A DNA stretch of 64,000 bases from an uncultured Candidatus Saccharibacteria bacterium (GTDB taxonomy: Bacteria > Patescibacteriota > Saccharimonadia > Saccharimonadales > Saccharimonadaceae): NCBI GenBank assembly GCA_945873065.1, contig CAMCBN010000003.1, positions 5,166 through 69,165 of the forward strand. The letters are read 5' to 3'. The position numbers and the translations under genes are program-made. Positions 1 to 9,158 of this stretch are shown one piece after another; positions within the stretch are counted from its first letter, which is position 1; each line of letters begins with the position of its first letter. The notes under the pieces were generated by a model, which was not told the DNA's origin, made no database searches, and saw only the letters and a list, made by a program, of their open reading frames with translations.

Positions 1-131
1 TACCTGTGTACATGGTCAAATATACAGCTATGGGTGGTGTTTTGTTGCCGTATATGCTATAATAGCGGACGTTTGTACTAAGCGTGGGAGACCAACCAGT
101 CGATTGCACCACAGAAAGGATTAATTCTACT

Positions 132-1109
132 ATGGCTCTAAAGGCCGATATATTAGCAAAAGCACAGGAAATGGGTTTGGCCGTTACTGAGGCAAATACA
201 GTGGCCGAGATCGAGGCAGCTATCGCTGCAGCGACCGACAAGGACGTAATAGCCGAACGCAAATCGACTATCGCAAAGAGCGGTAAGCGTAGCCAAAAAG
301 CCCTAGATGAGGCAGAGCTCAAAGCTGAGAAAGAGGCTCGCAAAGAAGCAGGTGATACAACTCCACAAGGTGATGTTGATGCTGCTATCAAAAAAGGTCC
401 TGCGCCAAAAGTTCGTCCACTGATAGAGCGACGCGGTAAAGCTTATCGTGCTGTCGCCAGCAAGGTCAAAAAAGACACAGTCTATAGCTTAGCAGATGCG
501 ATGAAATTGGCCACCGAAACCAACCCAGCTAAATTCGATGCTAGTGTTGAAATCCACGTTCGTCTCGGTGTTGATCCGCGCCAGGCCGATCAAAATATTC
601 GCTCTACGGTAGTGTTGCCACATGGAACGGGCAAGTCGATCCGTGTCGCTGCGCTGACTATCGACGAAGACAAAGCTAAAGCACTCGAGGCTGGCGCTAA
701 TATTGCTGGCGAAGAAGCGATATTTGCGCTACTTGACAAAGGTACGATCGATTTTGATGTACTGATCGCCACGCCGCAGCTAATGGCAAAACTCGGTAAA
801 TATGCTCGTCTGCTTGGCCCGAAGGGTTTAATGCCTAACCCTAAGAGTGGTACAGTTGCTGTCGATGTAGTCAAAGCTATCACCGAAGCAAAAGCCGGCA
901 AGGTTGAGTATCGTGTTGACAAGCAGGCTACAGTCCACCTAGGTATTGGTAAGGTTAGCTTCGGTACTGATAAGCTACTCGAAAATGCAAACACTTTTTT
1001 TGCTAGCTTGCAGTCGCAAAAGCCAAGCTCATTGAAGGGTGCATATATCAAGTCGATCGCCGTAGCTACTACTATGGGTCCTGGCATGAAAGTCGAAGTC
1101 ACTAATTAG
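132..1109 (+). CDS. rplA: 50S ribosomal protein L1 with ~90-aa N-terminal extension
   Basis: L1 motifs KFDASVEIHVRLGVDPR, LGPKGLMPNPKSGTV, TTMGPG; ATG at 132 preferred over GTG at 84. Confidence 0.97.
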   Translation: MALKADILAKAQEMGLAVTEANTVAEIEAAIAAATDKDVIAERKSTIAKSGKRSQKALDEAELKAEKEARKEAGDTTPQGDVDAAIKKGPAPKVRPLIERRGKAYRAVASKVKKDTVYSLADAMKLATETNPAKFDASVEIHVRLGVDPRQADQNIRSTVVLPHGTGKSIRVAALTIDEDKAKALEAGANIAGEEAIFALLDKGTIDFDVLIATPQLMAKLGKYARLLGPKGLMPNPKSGTVAVDVVKAITEAKAGKVEYRVDKQATVHLGIGKVSFGTDKLLENANTFFASLQSQKPSSLKGAYIKSIAVATTMGPGMKVEVTN

Positions 1110-1138
1110 TCGATCCCGATAGCTTTAAGTAAGAATAT

Positions 1139-2188
1139 ATGATTTACCAGACGCCACCTCGCCTACGTCGTTACATCCGATCAAGCGGGGTGGTGTGTTT
1201 GTGTTTGGCCTTACTTATAGGGATATTTGGCTATTTTGGGCAATCGACTATACCAAAACCAAAAACCAACTCAGTGGTTATCGGTAACCCTCACGCGACT
1301 TGTCAACGCAATGGATACATAGCTAATCAGACCTATTCGTACTCGTTGTTATCCAAACAGCATATACAGCGCCACTATTTAGTACATACTCCAGCTGAAA
1401 CTGATTTTGGTACCAATAGTCCGACCGAACCTCACCCAGTTATTATGGCATTCGGAGGGAAGGGGATGAATCAGCGGACATTTGAACAAGTATCTCAACT
1501 AAATCAACTACCAGCGTTAGTCGTTTATCCTCAGCCACTTTTGGGTAAACATCGACAGCGAGCCTGGCAAGGTGCGCCATACTCAAACCGATCAGATGAT
1601 ATTGCATTTGTAAAGCAAGCGCTACGCGAGGTCAAAGCTAGATTTTGTGTTGATACCAACGCTATATATAGTGTTGGTTTTTCGAACGGAGGTGGGTTTT
1701 CGTGGTTGTTGTCTTGCTATGCTTCGCAAGAATTCCGAGCTTTCGCTATGGTCGCTGGGGCCTACTACTATCCAGAGTCAAAATGTAAGCCAGCTGTTCG
1801 TCGTTCGATAATGAGTGTTCATAGCCAACGTGATTCCACCGTGCCGTATAATGGCTCAAAAAAACGTCATTTGCCATCAATCGAAAGCTGGATAGCTCGC
1901 CGGGCTGCCAATAATCGATGCCACCCGCTCAAACCTCAAGTAGGGTATTTAAATCGAGGTGTCACCGCGCAGGTGTGGGACAACTGTGCCGACAATACTT
2001 CTGTAGTAAACCTCACACTGCGTAATGCTGAGCATGGATGGCCACTATTAGCAGGCTACTCGACATCAAACGTCGAGATTCAAACTACCACTACCACTCA
2101 GCTTATTTGGGGATTTTTCACTAGCACACAACATCTTGATCAACCATCGCAACAGGGTATAACTAGATCCATTCCGCCGATACTGTGA
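1139..2188 (+). CDS. Membrane-anchored alpha/beta-hydrolase esterase (PHB depolymerase/LpqC-like)
   Basis: N-terminal hydrophobic helix; nucleophile motif GFSNGG; HSQRDSTVPY and late His (GHGW-like AEHGW). Confidence 0.75.
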   Translation: MIYQTPPRLRRYIRSSGVVCLCLALLIGIFGYFGQSTIPKPKTNSVVIGNPHATCQRNGYIANQTYSYSLLSKQHIQRHYLVHTPAETDFGTNSPTEPHPVIMAFGGKGMNQRTFEQVSQLNQLPALVVYPQPLLGKHRQRAWQGAPYSNRSDDIAFVKQALREVKARFCVDTNAIYSVGFSNGGGFSWLLSCYASQEFRAFAMVAGAYYYPESKCKPAVRRSIMSVHSQRDSTVPYNGSKKRHLPSIESWIARRAANNRCHPLKPQVGYLNRGVTAQVWDNCADNTSVVNLTLRNAEHGWPLLAGYSTSNVEIQTTTTTQLIWGFFTSTQHLDQPSQQGITRSIPPIL

Positions 2189-2301
2189 CAAGATTTCAAG
2201 ATTTGGTAATCATCTAGCCTAATACAAACAAACCCAAGGCTGAATTTTTAGTTTCTAGTAAAAAGCCAAGCCTTGGGTCTATCTACTATTTATTTGAACA
2301 C

Positions 2302-2934
2302 TTAATCTTCGGTGGAGGGTTGACTCGACTCGAGTTCTTGCCAAGTTATCGGATCAGTCAAACGTTCCAGTGTGACACCGCTATCACCGACCATAGCGCG
2401 GCGCTTGTCGCTAGGCAGTTTATTAAACTCTGTAGCATCTGTAATGCCAGCCCGCCTTAGAGCTGCAGAGGCTATTTTCGTAAAATCACCAAGGACCTTT
2501 AGGTTATCAGTTGTTTGCCTTTTCTTGTTGGCATTATTCCATAAGCCCTCAGTCTTTGGATTTGGGGCTTTTGCTACGATTTTACCTTTGTCTGCCACAA
2601 TCACTTCTTGATCCGGCAAAGATGGTTTCTCTTTACTGACTCCGATGCGCAACGAATAACCAGAAAGTCCTGCCCCCACGCGACCAATGCGCCGTCTAAG
2701 AACATTCCAGCGCGAGGTTGAAGGTGTTTTTTCTGGCCTAGGCTCCCGTACGCGCGACTGCACGGTCATAATACTACCCAGACTATCGATGGCTGTGAGC
2801 CTGATTGGCTGTTTTCGCTTAGTTGTGGAAGGTGAAGGTGTTTGATCTCGTAAATATCCAGCTACACGACCAAGTGCTACGCCTACCTGTAGTGCTTCAT
2901 TTGGTATTTGATGCTCTTTACTGTGTCGGCTCAT
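2302..2934 (-). CDS. Hypothetical protein (basic)
   Basis: 210-aa ORF preceded by SD-like AAGGGGAGG; no recognised motif. Confidence 0.6.
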   Translation of the reverse strand: MSRHSKEHQIPNEALQVGVALGRVAGYLRDQTPSPSTTKRKQPIRLTAIDSLGSIMTVQSRVREPRPEKTPSTSRWNVLRRRIGRVGAGLSGYSLRIGVSKEKPSLPDQEVIVADKGKIVAKAPNPKTEGLWNNANKKRQTTDNLKVLGDFTKIASAALRRAGITDATEFNKLPSDKRRAMVGDSGVTLERLTDPITWQELESSQPSTED

Positions 2935-3152
2935 ATGCCTCCCCTTCTATCATCATTACGCCTAATCTATGCATAATTATTGACGATTAGTATATTATGT
3001 GACTGTAGTGTAGCAGGTTTCTGGCATAACGTCTATGCTCCTTGCGTGAAACGAGTACATTGCCATATACTGTATGTAAATAACCTAGTCGTACTACGCA
3101 AACAAGAGGGTTGCAATATATCAAAATTAAATGACGATGGAGATTTATAGCT

Positions 3153-3611
3153 ATGTTACATGCTTCATATGTGCGCAGCCGCACGACGACGAAACAGTAC
3201 GCCTGGCATACGAAAAAGCGCCACTACACAAAAGAGAAAGCCACTGAATGTGATTTTTGCACATTACTAAAGCACCCTACAGCACAAGTTGTCGCTGTAT
3301 ACGAACATTGCTCGGTGATCAAAAATAATTTCCCTTACGATATGTGGGACCATTATGGTGTGAACGATCACCTGATGGTGGTGCCAAAGCGTCATGTCGT
3401 TAGTCTCGGCGATCTCACGCCAGAGGAGCAACTAGATTGCCTAAAAGCGATTACCAAATACGAAGCTGATGGCTACTCTATCTACGCTCGTGCACCCAGC
3501 AACAAAGGTAAATCTATCACTCACCAACACACCCACCTGATCAAGACCGATGACAAACGCAAAAAATTCATTCTTTATTTAGCCCAACCATATCTTAGAC
3601 TCATGCGATGA
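3153..3611 (+). CDS. HIT-family nucleotide hydrolase
   Basis: CDFC zinc motif, HLMVVPKRH, histidine triad HQHTH; start codon uncertain. Confidence 0.85.
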   Translation: MLHASYVRSRTTTKQYAWHTKKRHYTKEKATECDFCTLLKHPTAQVVAVYEHCSVIKNNFPYDMWDHYGVNDHLMVVPKRHVVSLGDLTPEEQLDCLKAITKYEADGYSIYARAPSNKGKSITHQHTHLIKTDDKRKKFILYLAQPYLRLMR

Positions 3612-3628
3612 ACTAAAACCGTGGTATT

Positions 3629-5407
3629 TTATTCTACGGCAGATTCTGTATAGTAGTCTACCAATTTTTGCTCTAGTTCATCGCCACCCACATTCGATTG
3701 ACCGTTTGTTTCGTAGCTATGTGGGTCCATTCGGCTACGGCGCGCGTGGATACTTTCTAGAATCTCGACGAAGTTCTTGCGTGTAGCTCTGGCCCAGGCT
3801 GCTAGCTCTTGCTGACGTTTTTCTTTTTGTCTGTCGCTCATGCCACTGTAGTCCTCACGCTTGATACGAGTATCGATGTACTTATACGCTATATGAGCGA
3901 TATCGCCCAGACGCGAACGTCGTCTCTCAGCCTTCGTGAGAAATTGTACTTCTACGGGTATGTTAATTTTTTTGCTTTCTTCACTAGAATCTTCTAGAGG
4001 TAGTACAAAAGTAGCTTTAGCAACATTCATGATCGCATAACCATTAGATCCGACATCTTCCTCAGTTTGTTTTTTTACCATATATGATCTATTGTCACTT
4101 ATAGATTCAACGCAGTGAGATGTTTCGAATTCATCGCTGCTCTCTAGTGCTTGATCTTTGTCGTTTAATGACGCTACCATAGTATCAACATAGTGATCTG
4201 AGCCTTGTATGTATATGGCAGCACGTTTACCACGAGCGGGCTTGAGATGTAATTCGTTATTTTTTGCGCGTTGTTGTATGTATTCACAAAAGTTACCAAA
4301 GTCACGTCGAGACTTCTCTTCGTCATCTGATATCACCATCAGACCGACCATATCCATCGGATCTTCACCTTCGTAACGAGCATACTTATCTGCACATGAA
4401 CCAACTGTCTTCAAGCGATAATTACCCGAGACTAACGAGCTGTCATCAGCGGCAAAAAGAAATTCACCGACCTGTACTGGCAATTCATTTCGATCTTCGT
4501 AATCAGGCTCAACGACTCGCACCATAGTCAGTTGGTCTTTGTTCTTGCCCAGGGCTTTACGTATGACATTAGCCAAACCGGCCCGATCGATATCTGCCAA
4601 GCGGGCCTCGGCTTTTTTGATTAACTCACCTTGTCCTTGCTTTTGCAAACGGATGGTCTTGGCGCGATCCATCAGATACGATCCAAGCCCTTCAAGCCCT
4701 ACTACTTCACAAATTGGTGCATAGAACGACTCTGCCTCTAACACATCTTGCAACAATGCCGACTCGCGCTCAGATGATGGGTAGCGAAGGTTATCGACCA
4801 GCTCGCAGGCCTTAATGATAACGGATTCGAGATTAACGTTATTTAGTAAACGACGCATGTCATCGCAGTCGATAATAGGCTCGGCTGTTTTCCACACTTT
4901 AGCTGGTATATTACCCTTGTAACCGTTGACTATCATCTCGACTATCTCATCATCAAGCGGGCTATCGCCGACCTCCGCCTGGCGGGCCATTTCTTTGCGG
5001 TGTTTGCCAGCTGCTACTTCGATATTATCGAGGTCACTTAGTACATTACGCGTAAATTGGCGTCGATCTTCCGGAATCTCTGGATCAGACAGGTAAGCCA
5101 AAAGAGCTTTGGCAGCAGCGGCTTGCGATTTAGCGGTGTATTTTTCGTTTTTATTAAGAAATCGTGACACCACATCGTGCAATAAAATAGCATCGCTACA
5201 ATCTGGTACTAATTTACCAGCGAAAGCCTCTACCAAGCTGCTCGTACGCAGAGCATGTTCCTTGAAATCGGCACGCTCTTGCTCGGCGTTCGCTAAGTAA
5301 TCTTCAACAATAGCATCAACGGCGGTGAGATGCTCGCCATTACATTCCACTTCGGCTATAGATACCGATGGGCAGACCTGCAAAGATTCAGTCATAAGAT
5401 CCTTCAT
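3629..5407 (-). CDS. Divergent RelA/SpoT homolog (HD + synthetase domains only, no TGS/ACT)
   Basis: AILLHDVV, IIKACELVDNL, FYAPICEVVG, YRLKTVGSCADK, DMVGLMVI, NGY, VEVQFLT, GDIAHIAYK occur in the order of RSH hydrolase/synthetase motifs. Confidence 0.75.
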   Translation of the reverse strand: MKDLMTESLQVCPSVSIAEVECNGEHLTAVDAIVEDYLANAEQERADFKEHALRTSSLVEAFAGKLVPDCSDAILLHDVVSRFLNKNEKYTAKSQAAAAKALLAYLSDPEIPEDRRQFTRNVLSDLDNIEVAAGKHRKEMARQAEVGDSPLDDEIVEMIVNGYKGNIPAKVWKTAEPIIDCDDMRRLLNNVNLESVIIKACELVDNLRYPSSERESALLQDVLEAESFYAPICEVVGLEGLGSYLMDRAKTIRLQKQGQGELIKKAEARLADIDRAGLANVIRKALGKNKDQLTMVRVVEPDYEDRNELPVQVGEFLFAADDSSLVSGNYRLKTVGSCADKYARYEGEDPMDMVGLMVISDDEEKSRRDFGNFCEYIQQRAKNNELHLKPARGKRAAIYIQGSDHYVDTMVASLNDKDQALESSDEFETSHCVESISDNRSYMVKKQTEEDVGSNGYAIMNVAKATFVLPLEDSSEESKKINIPVEVQFLTKAERRRSRLGDIAHIAYKYIDTRIKREDYSGMSDRQKEKRQQELAAWARATRKNFVEILESIHARRSRMDPHSYETNGQSNVGGDELEQKLVDYYTESAVE

Positions 5408-5477
5408 TGTAGATTATTTACTTCTGTTTGTCAACTACTGATTGCCTTTCATTCTAGGAGATGATACAATGCCTAGT

Positions 5478-5620
5478 AGACATTGCCAAAGACAGTAGCG
5501 GGCGATTGAGGCCGATAAGAATGCTACCGAGGATTTCGACACACTGTCATACACATATCCAATATATGACAGCAAGGGTGAAACACGAACCGTCTTTGGC
5601 TTACGAAGGCGTTTTTTGTT
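5478..5620 (+). promoter_or_regulatory. L10 (rplJ) leader with attenuator-like hairpin
   Basis: AAAGACAGTAGC...TAAGAATGCTACCGAGG core upstream of rplJ; GCCAAAGAC (5485-5493) is complementary to GTCTTTGGC (5592-5600), which overlaps hairpin 5591-5611 followed by a T run. Confidence 0.8.
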
Positions 5621-5681
5621 GGCAGTGTCGATCTTTAACAATGCGGTCGTATTATCAACACTAACCAAAGGAGTATTATCG

Positions 5682-6203
5682 ATGGCTATTTCCAAAGATA
5701 AGAAACAAGCTTTGGTTGCTGAGATGAGTGAACTATTTGCGAATGCAAAGGGTACCGCTGTCGCTAAATATCAAGGTACTAGCGTAGCTGATTTGCAGGA
5801 GCTACGCAAAGCTGCTCGCGAAAATGGCATAGTCGTCAAGGTGGTTAAAAACCGCCTGGTGCGCGTCGCTTTCGCTGAGCTAGATACCTACAAGGACACT
5901 GACACATCTGCACTGCAGGGTCAGCTAATTTATGCGATTTCAAGTGACGATGAAGTCATGGCGGCAAAAGTCCTTAATGATTTCGCCAAAACTCATCCTA
6001 GCGTTGAGCTGGTCGCTGGTTTCAGCGGCGAAGGTTTGGCACAAAGCACTGCTGATGTTACAGCACTAGCAGGCTTGCCGAGCAAAAATCAGCTCATCGC
6101 CGAAACTGTCGCGCAACTGCTTTCACCAGTGCACGATGTTACCAACGCGCTTTCTGGCAATTTACATGCATTGCTAGATGGAGTCGAAGCCAAAGCTGCT
6201 TAA
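5682..6203 (+). CDS. rplJ: 50S ribosomal protein L10
   Basis: LQELRK, VVKNRL, LPSKNQL motifs; SD AAGGAG at 5668-5673 supports ATG 5682. Confidence 0.96.
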   Translation: MAISKDKKQALVAEMSELFANAKGTAVAKYQGTSVADLQELRKAARENGIVVKVVKNRLVRVAFAELDTYKDTDTSALQGQLIYAISSDDEVMAAKVLNDFAKTHPSVELVAGFSGEGLAQSTADVTALAGLPSKNQLIAETVAQLLSPVHDVTNALSGNLHALLDGVEAKAA

Positions 6204-6228
6204 TAACTAATTACCAAGGAGAATAACT

Positions 6229-6606
6229 ATGGCAGACGTAAAGAAACTTGCCGAAGAACTGACTAAACTGACAGTTCTAGAAGTAAACGAATTAAAGAAT
6301 GTCTTAAAGGACGAATATGGTATCGAGCCAGCTGCTGCAGCAGTCGCTGTCGCTGGCCCAGCCGCTGGCGGTGAAGCTGCTGCCGAAGACGAAAAGACCG
6401 AGTTCACCGTCACCCTGAAGGATGCTGGTAGTCAGAAGGTTGCTGTCATCAAGGCTGTCAAAGAATTGACTGGACTTGGCCTCGGTGAGGCAAAAGCTTT
6501 GGTCGACAATGCACCAAGCCCGATCAAAGAAAAGGTCTCCAAAGACGACGCTGAAGCTGCCAAGAAGGCTTTGGAAGACGCTGGCGCTAGCGTCGAAGTC
6601 GCCTAA
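6229..6606 (+). CDS. rplL: 50S ribosomal protein L7/L12
   Basis: [39 protein letters not shown]; SD AAGGAG. Confidence 0.98.
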   Translation: MADVKKLAEELTKLTVLEVNELKNVLKDEYGIEPAAAAVAVAGPAAGGEAAAEDEKTEFTVTLKDAGSQKVAVIKAVKELTGLGLGEAKALVDNAPSPIKEKVSKDDAEAAKKALEDAGASVEVA

Positions 6607-6639
6607 TAAATTCATTACGAAACGACCGCAGAATAACAC

Positions 6640-6671
6640 AGCACTCCATCAGTCACGATGGGGTGCTTTAC
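6640..6671 (+). terminator. Intrinsic terminator after rplL
   Basis: AGCACTCCATC-agtcac-GATGGGGTGCT hairpin followed by a short T tract. Confidence 0.65.
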
Positions 6672-6773
6672 TTAGCAATAATCGCTAGTCCACGACAAGA
6701 ATGCCGTATGAAGGTAGGCGAATTGGGTCAACGATTATTTTTACAACGAATTAAATCATACATCTGTTGCCGC

Positions 6774-6825
6774 TGTGGATAACTCTCACGCGTCTTGACA
6801 AAAGGGGGCTCGTCCTCTATATAAT
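6774..6825 (+). promoter_or_regulatory. Sigma70-type promoter with upstream perfect DnaA box
   Basis: TGTGGATAA (reverse complement of TTATCCACA) 6774-6782; TTGACA 6795-6800; TATATAAT 6818-6825. Confidence 0.6.
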
Positions 6826-6862
6826 AGATTGATATCAAAAACAGACAAGGACTGCGAGAAAT

Positions 6863-7381
6863 ATGTCTGATTTACCAGAAAAACAAGTTAAGCGATTACG
6901 ATCGCTTATTCAGGAGGCCGAGACGAACCTCGCCGCCGCCAAAGAATTATTATTAAGTATCATTGGTGATGATGGCACAGCTGTCGTCACGACGAGCGGA
7001 CACGATACGTCTGTCTCGGGTAAGGTTGTCGAAGGGGTGTTTGATGGGCAGGTTATGGTCGGTCCTGATGGCAAGAACTATCCAGTACCAGCAAACTACG
7101 CCAGTAAATCCAAGCTGGTCGAGGGCGACATCTTGAAGTTAACTATCGCTGATGATGGTGGCTTTATTTACAAGCAGATTGGCCCAGTAGTGCGCAAACA
7201 GATTATTGGTACATTGACACAGCACGATGGAGTGTACTACGTCGAGGCCCAAGGTCGGGAGTATCGCATATTACTCGCTAGCGTGACATATTTCCGGATC
7301 GAGATCGGCGCCCAAGTGACGATTTTAGTACCCGAAGACAACCCCGACGCTACGTGGGCAGCGGTCGAGGCGGCATTGTAA
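6863..7381 (+). CDS. Conserved CPR-type hypothetical protein (N-terminal coiled coil, beta-rich C-terminus)
   Basis: 172-aa ORF with own promoter; helical N-terminus then G/V/Y-rich strands (GVFDGQVM, YPVPANYASKSKLVEGD); not an L7/L12 sequence. Confidence 0.8.
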   Translation: MSDLPEKQVKRLRSLIQEAETNLAAAKELLLSIIGDDGTAVVTTSGHDTSVSGKVVEGVFDGQVMVGPDGKNYPVPANYASKSKLVEGDILKLTIADDGGFIYKQIGPVVRKQIIGTLTQHDGVYYVEAQGREYRILLASVTYFRIEIGAQVTILVPEDNPDATWAAVEAAL

Positions 7382-8301
7382 CTTCAGGCGCGGGCAAAGT
7401 GGCGCACAAATTTATCGATTTGCCAATTGGAACATTTCTACTCACCAGAGTTAGTTTTGATAGCGAGCATAATGCACCGTATCTGCGCTTGATGAACGAG
7501 GCTGGTGAGTTTTTATATGCGCACCCAGGCGGTCAATGTACGCTCGAATTTAACATGCACCGCAAACGTTGTATCGGCTGGTATGATATGCGAGCGGGCA
7601 ATTGTCATTCATGCCCAGCCGAGCGTGAGGTTGATGATAAGTATGAGCAATGTCCCGAATGCCAGCAAAAAACTGGCTTCAACCCAGCTTTTTATAACAC
7701 CACTGAACTGAGCCAGCAGCAAGCCGAATTAAACGCCAAGCCGCACATATTGTATCTGGCGTATTTCGCACCGCATGTTATCAAAGTTGGCATCACGTAT
7801 GCCGCTCGTAATTTGGCGCGGCTACTGGAGCAGGGAGCGCGCAGCGCCGTCATTCTCGAGACCTTTCCCAGCGCCAATATAGCGCGGCAATACGAAGCAC
7901 AGATTGCTCGGCTGCCAGGAATATGTGAAAGCGTACAGCTACGTAAGAAAATTAATTTATTGACCGAACAGCGCTACGATCAAACGACAGCGCGCCAATC
8001 ATTAGAGCAGGCAGTGCAAGAAATTACAATGCGCTTGAATGTATCCTTTGAAGACTGCGAATACCTGGAATTATCTCGTTACATGTTGGATGGGCCTGAA
8101 TTTGACAGCACGATGTTAAGCGAAATCAGCGAGCCGAAAATTTCCGGCGAATTTGTCGGGATGATCGGCTCGCTAATCATTATGCGCTACGGCGAACGCC
8201 CAATCTTTTTGCCGCTAAAAAAGTTCATCGGCCGCGACGTCATCATCTCGCGCGAAACTGTCCCGCTTGAACTCGCGCCGCTACAAACGGCGTTGTTTTG
8301 A
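7354..8301 (+). CDS. DUF2797-like protein
   Basis: CIG...C...QCPEC zinc-like cysteines, LYLAY...KVGIT, RLLEQGA; true start may be GTG 7399. Confidence 0.75.
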   Translation: MGSGRGGIVTSGAGKVAHKFIDLPIGTFLLTRVSFDSEHNAPYLRLMNEAGEFLYAHPGGQCTLEFNMHRKRCIGWYDMRAGNCHSCPAEREVDDKYEQCPECQQKTGFNPAFYNTTELSQQQAELNAKPHILYLAYFAPHVIKVGITYAARNLARLLEQGARSAVILETFPSANIARQYEAQIARLPGICESVQLRKKINLLTEQRYDQTTARQSLEQAVQEITMRLNVSFEDCEYLELSRYMLDGPEFDSTMLSEISEPKISGEFVGMIGSLIIMRYGERPIFLPLKKFIGRDVIISRETVPLELAPLQTALF

Positions 8302-8337
8302 CCAACTGTTGCCAGGGCCGTATGCTATTATTAAAGC

Positions 8338-9039
8338 ATGGATAGCAAAAATATCTTGAATAGCCTTCATACCCTCGCTACTGGCAATGACGATTACGCT
8401 GCATTTAATCGGCGCATCGTCAATACGCAACAGGCGGTGCTCGGCGTGCGCGTGCCAGACATGCGGCGACTCGCAAGAGCCGTCGCGAAAGAAGCGACAG
8501 CTGATAATACCCGCAAATTACTTGACGAGAAATCTAATATTTTTGAATATATTTTCACGGTTGGGCTCATTATTTCTTACGCGAAATTAGACGACGCAGC
8601 AGCAATTACTCTAACGCGGAAATGGCTAGGGCAGGTCGACTCGTGGGCACAGATTGATTCGGTAGCAGATAAAAATCGACGCTACATGCACACGGCGTGG
8701 CGGAAGTTTGTATTGGAATGTCTGGAGAGTCAGCAGGAATTTTCTGTGCGATTTGGCGTAATTGTCTTGATGACGAACTATTTGGACGAATCGCACATCG
8801 ACGAAGTTTTGGATAAGCTACGTGCCGTGAAACATGATGGGTACTATGTCAAGATGGCGCTAGCCTGGACATACGCGACTGCGGCGATCAATTTTTTCGA
8901 CAAAGTTATGAACGAGTTGGCGAGCGGTGCGATTGATCCGTGGACGACCAAAAAATCCTATCAAAAAATGCACGAATCGCGACGATTTACAGAGGAGCAG
9001 CGTAAAGTTATTGATCAAATGCGCAGCAGGGCACGATAA
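8338..9039 (+). CDS. DNA alkylation repair protein (AlkD-like HEAT-repeat family)
   Basis: LGVRVPDMRRLA, VDSWAQID, EFSVRFG, YYVKMALAW. Confidence 0.85.
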   Translation: MDSKNILNSLHTLATGNDDYAAFNRRIVNTQQAVLGVRVPDMRRLARAVAKEATADNTRKLLDEKSNIFEYIFTVGLIISYAKLDDAAAITLTRKWLGQVDSWAQIDSVADKNRRYMHTAWRKFVLECLESQQEFSVRFGVIVLMTNYLDESHIDEVLDKLRAVKHDGYYVKMALAWTYATAAINFFDKVMNELASGAIDPWTTKKSYQKMHESRRFTEEQRKVIDQMRSRAR

Positions 9040-9158
9040 CTACCCTATTGAATGTTATTTAATAAGCTGACGCTTAGAACGCAAGAGCTCATTAGTAATG
9101 TTAGCTCGTCGACACGCGCCGCAAAAATTGCTATAATCACTCGAAAAGGAGCAGGGGA

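Noticed and set aside
6863-7381. Second L7/L12 copy downstream of rplL
   Set aside because: Lacks all L7/L12 motifs; treated as a hypothetical protein.
2186-8301. Alternative genetic code 25 (TGA=Gly) as in Gracilibacteria
   Set aside because: TGA ends complete genes at 2188, 3611 and 8301, and long conserved ORFs are intact under code 11.
9040-9158. SRP RNA (ffs), which often precedes dnaX
   Set aside because: The conserved CAGG...GGAAGGAAGCAG domain IV core is absent; only weak hairpins and a promoter are visible.
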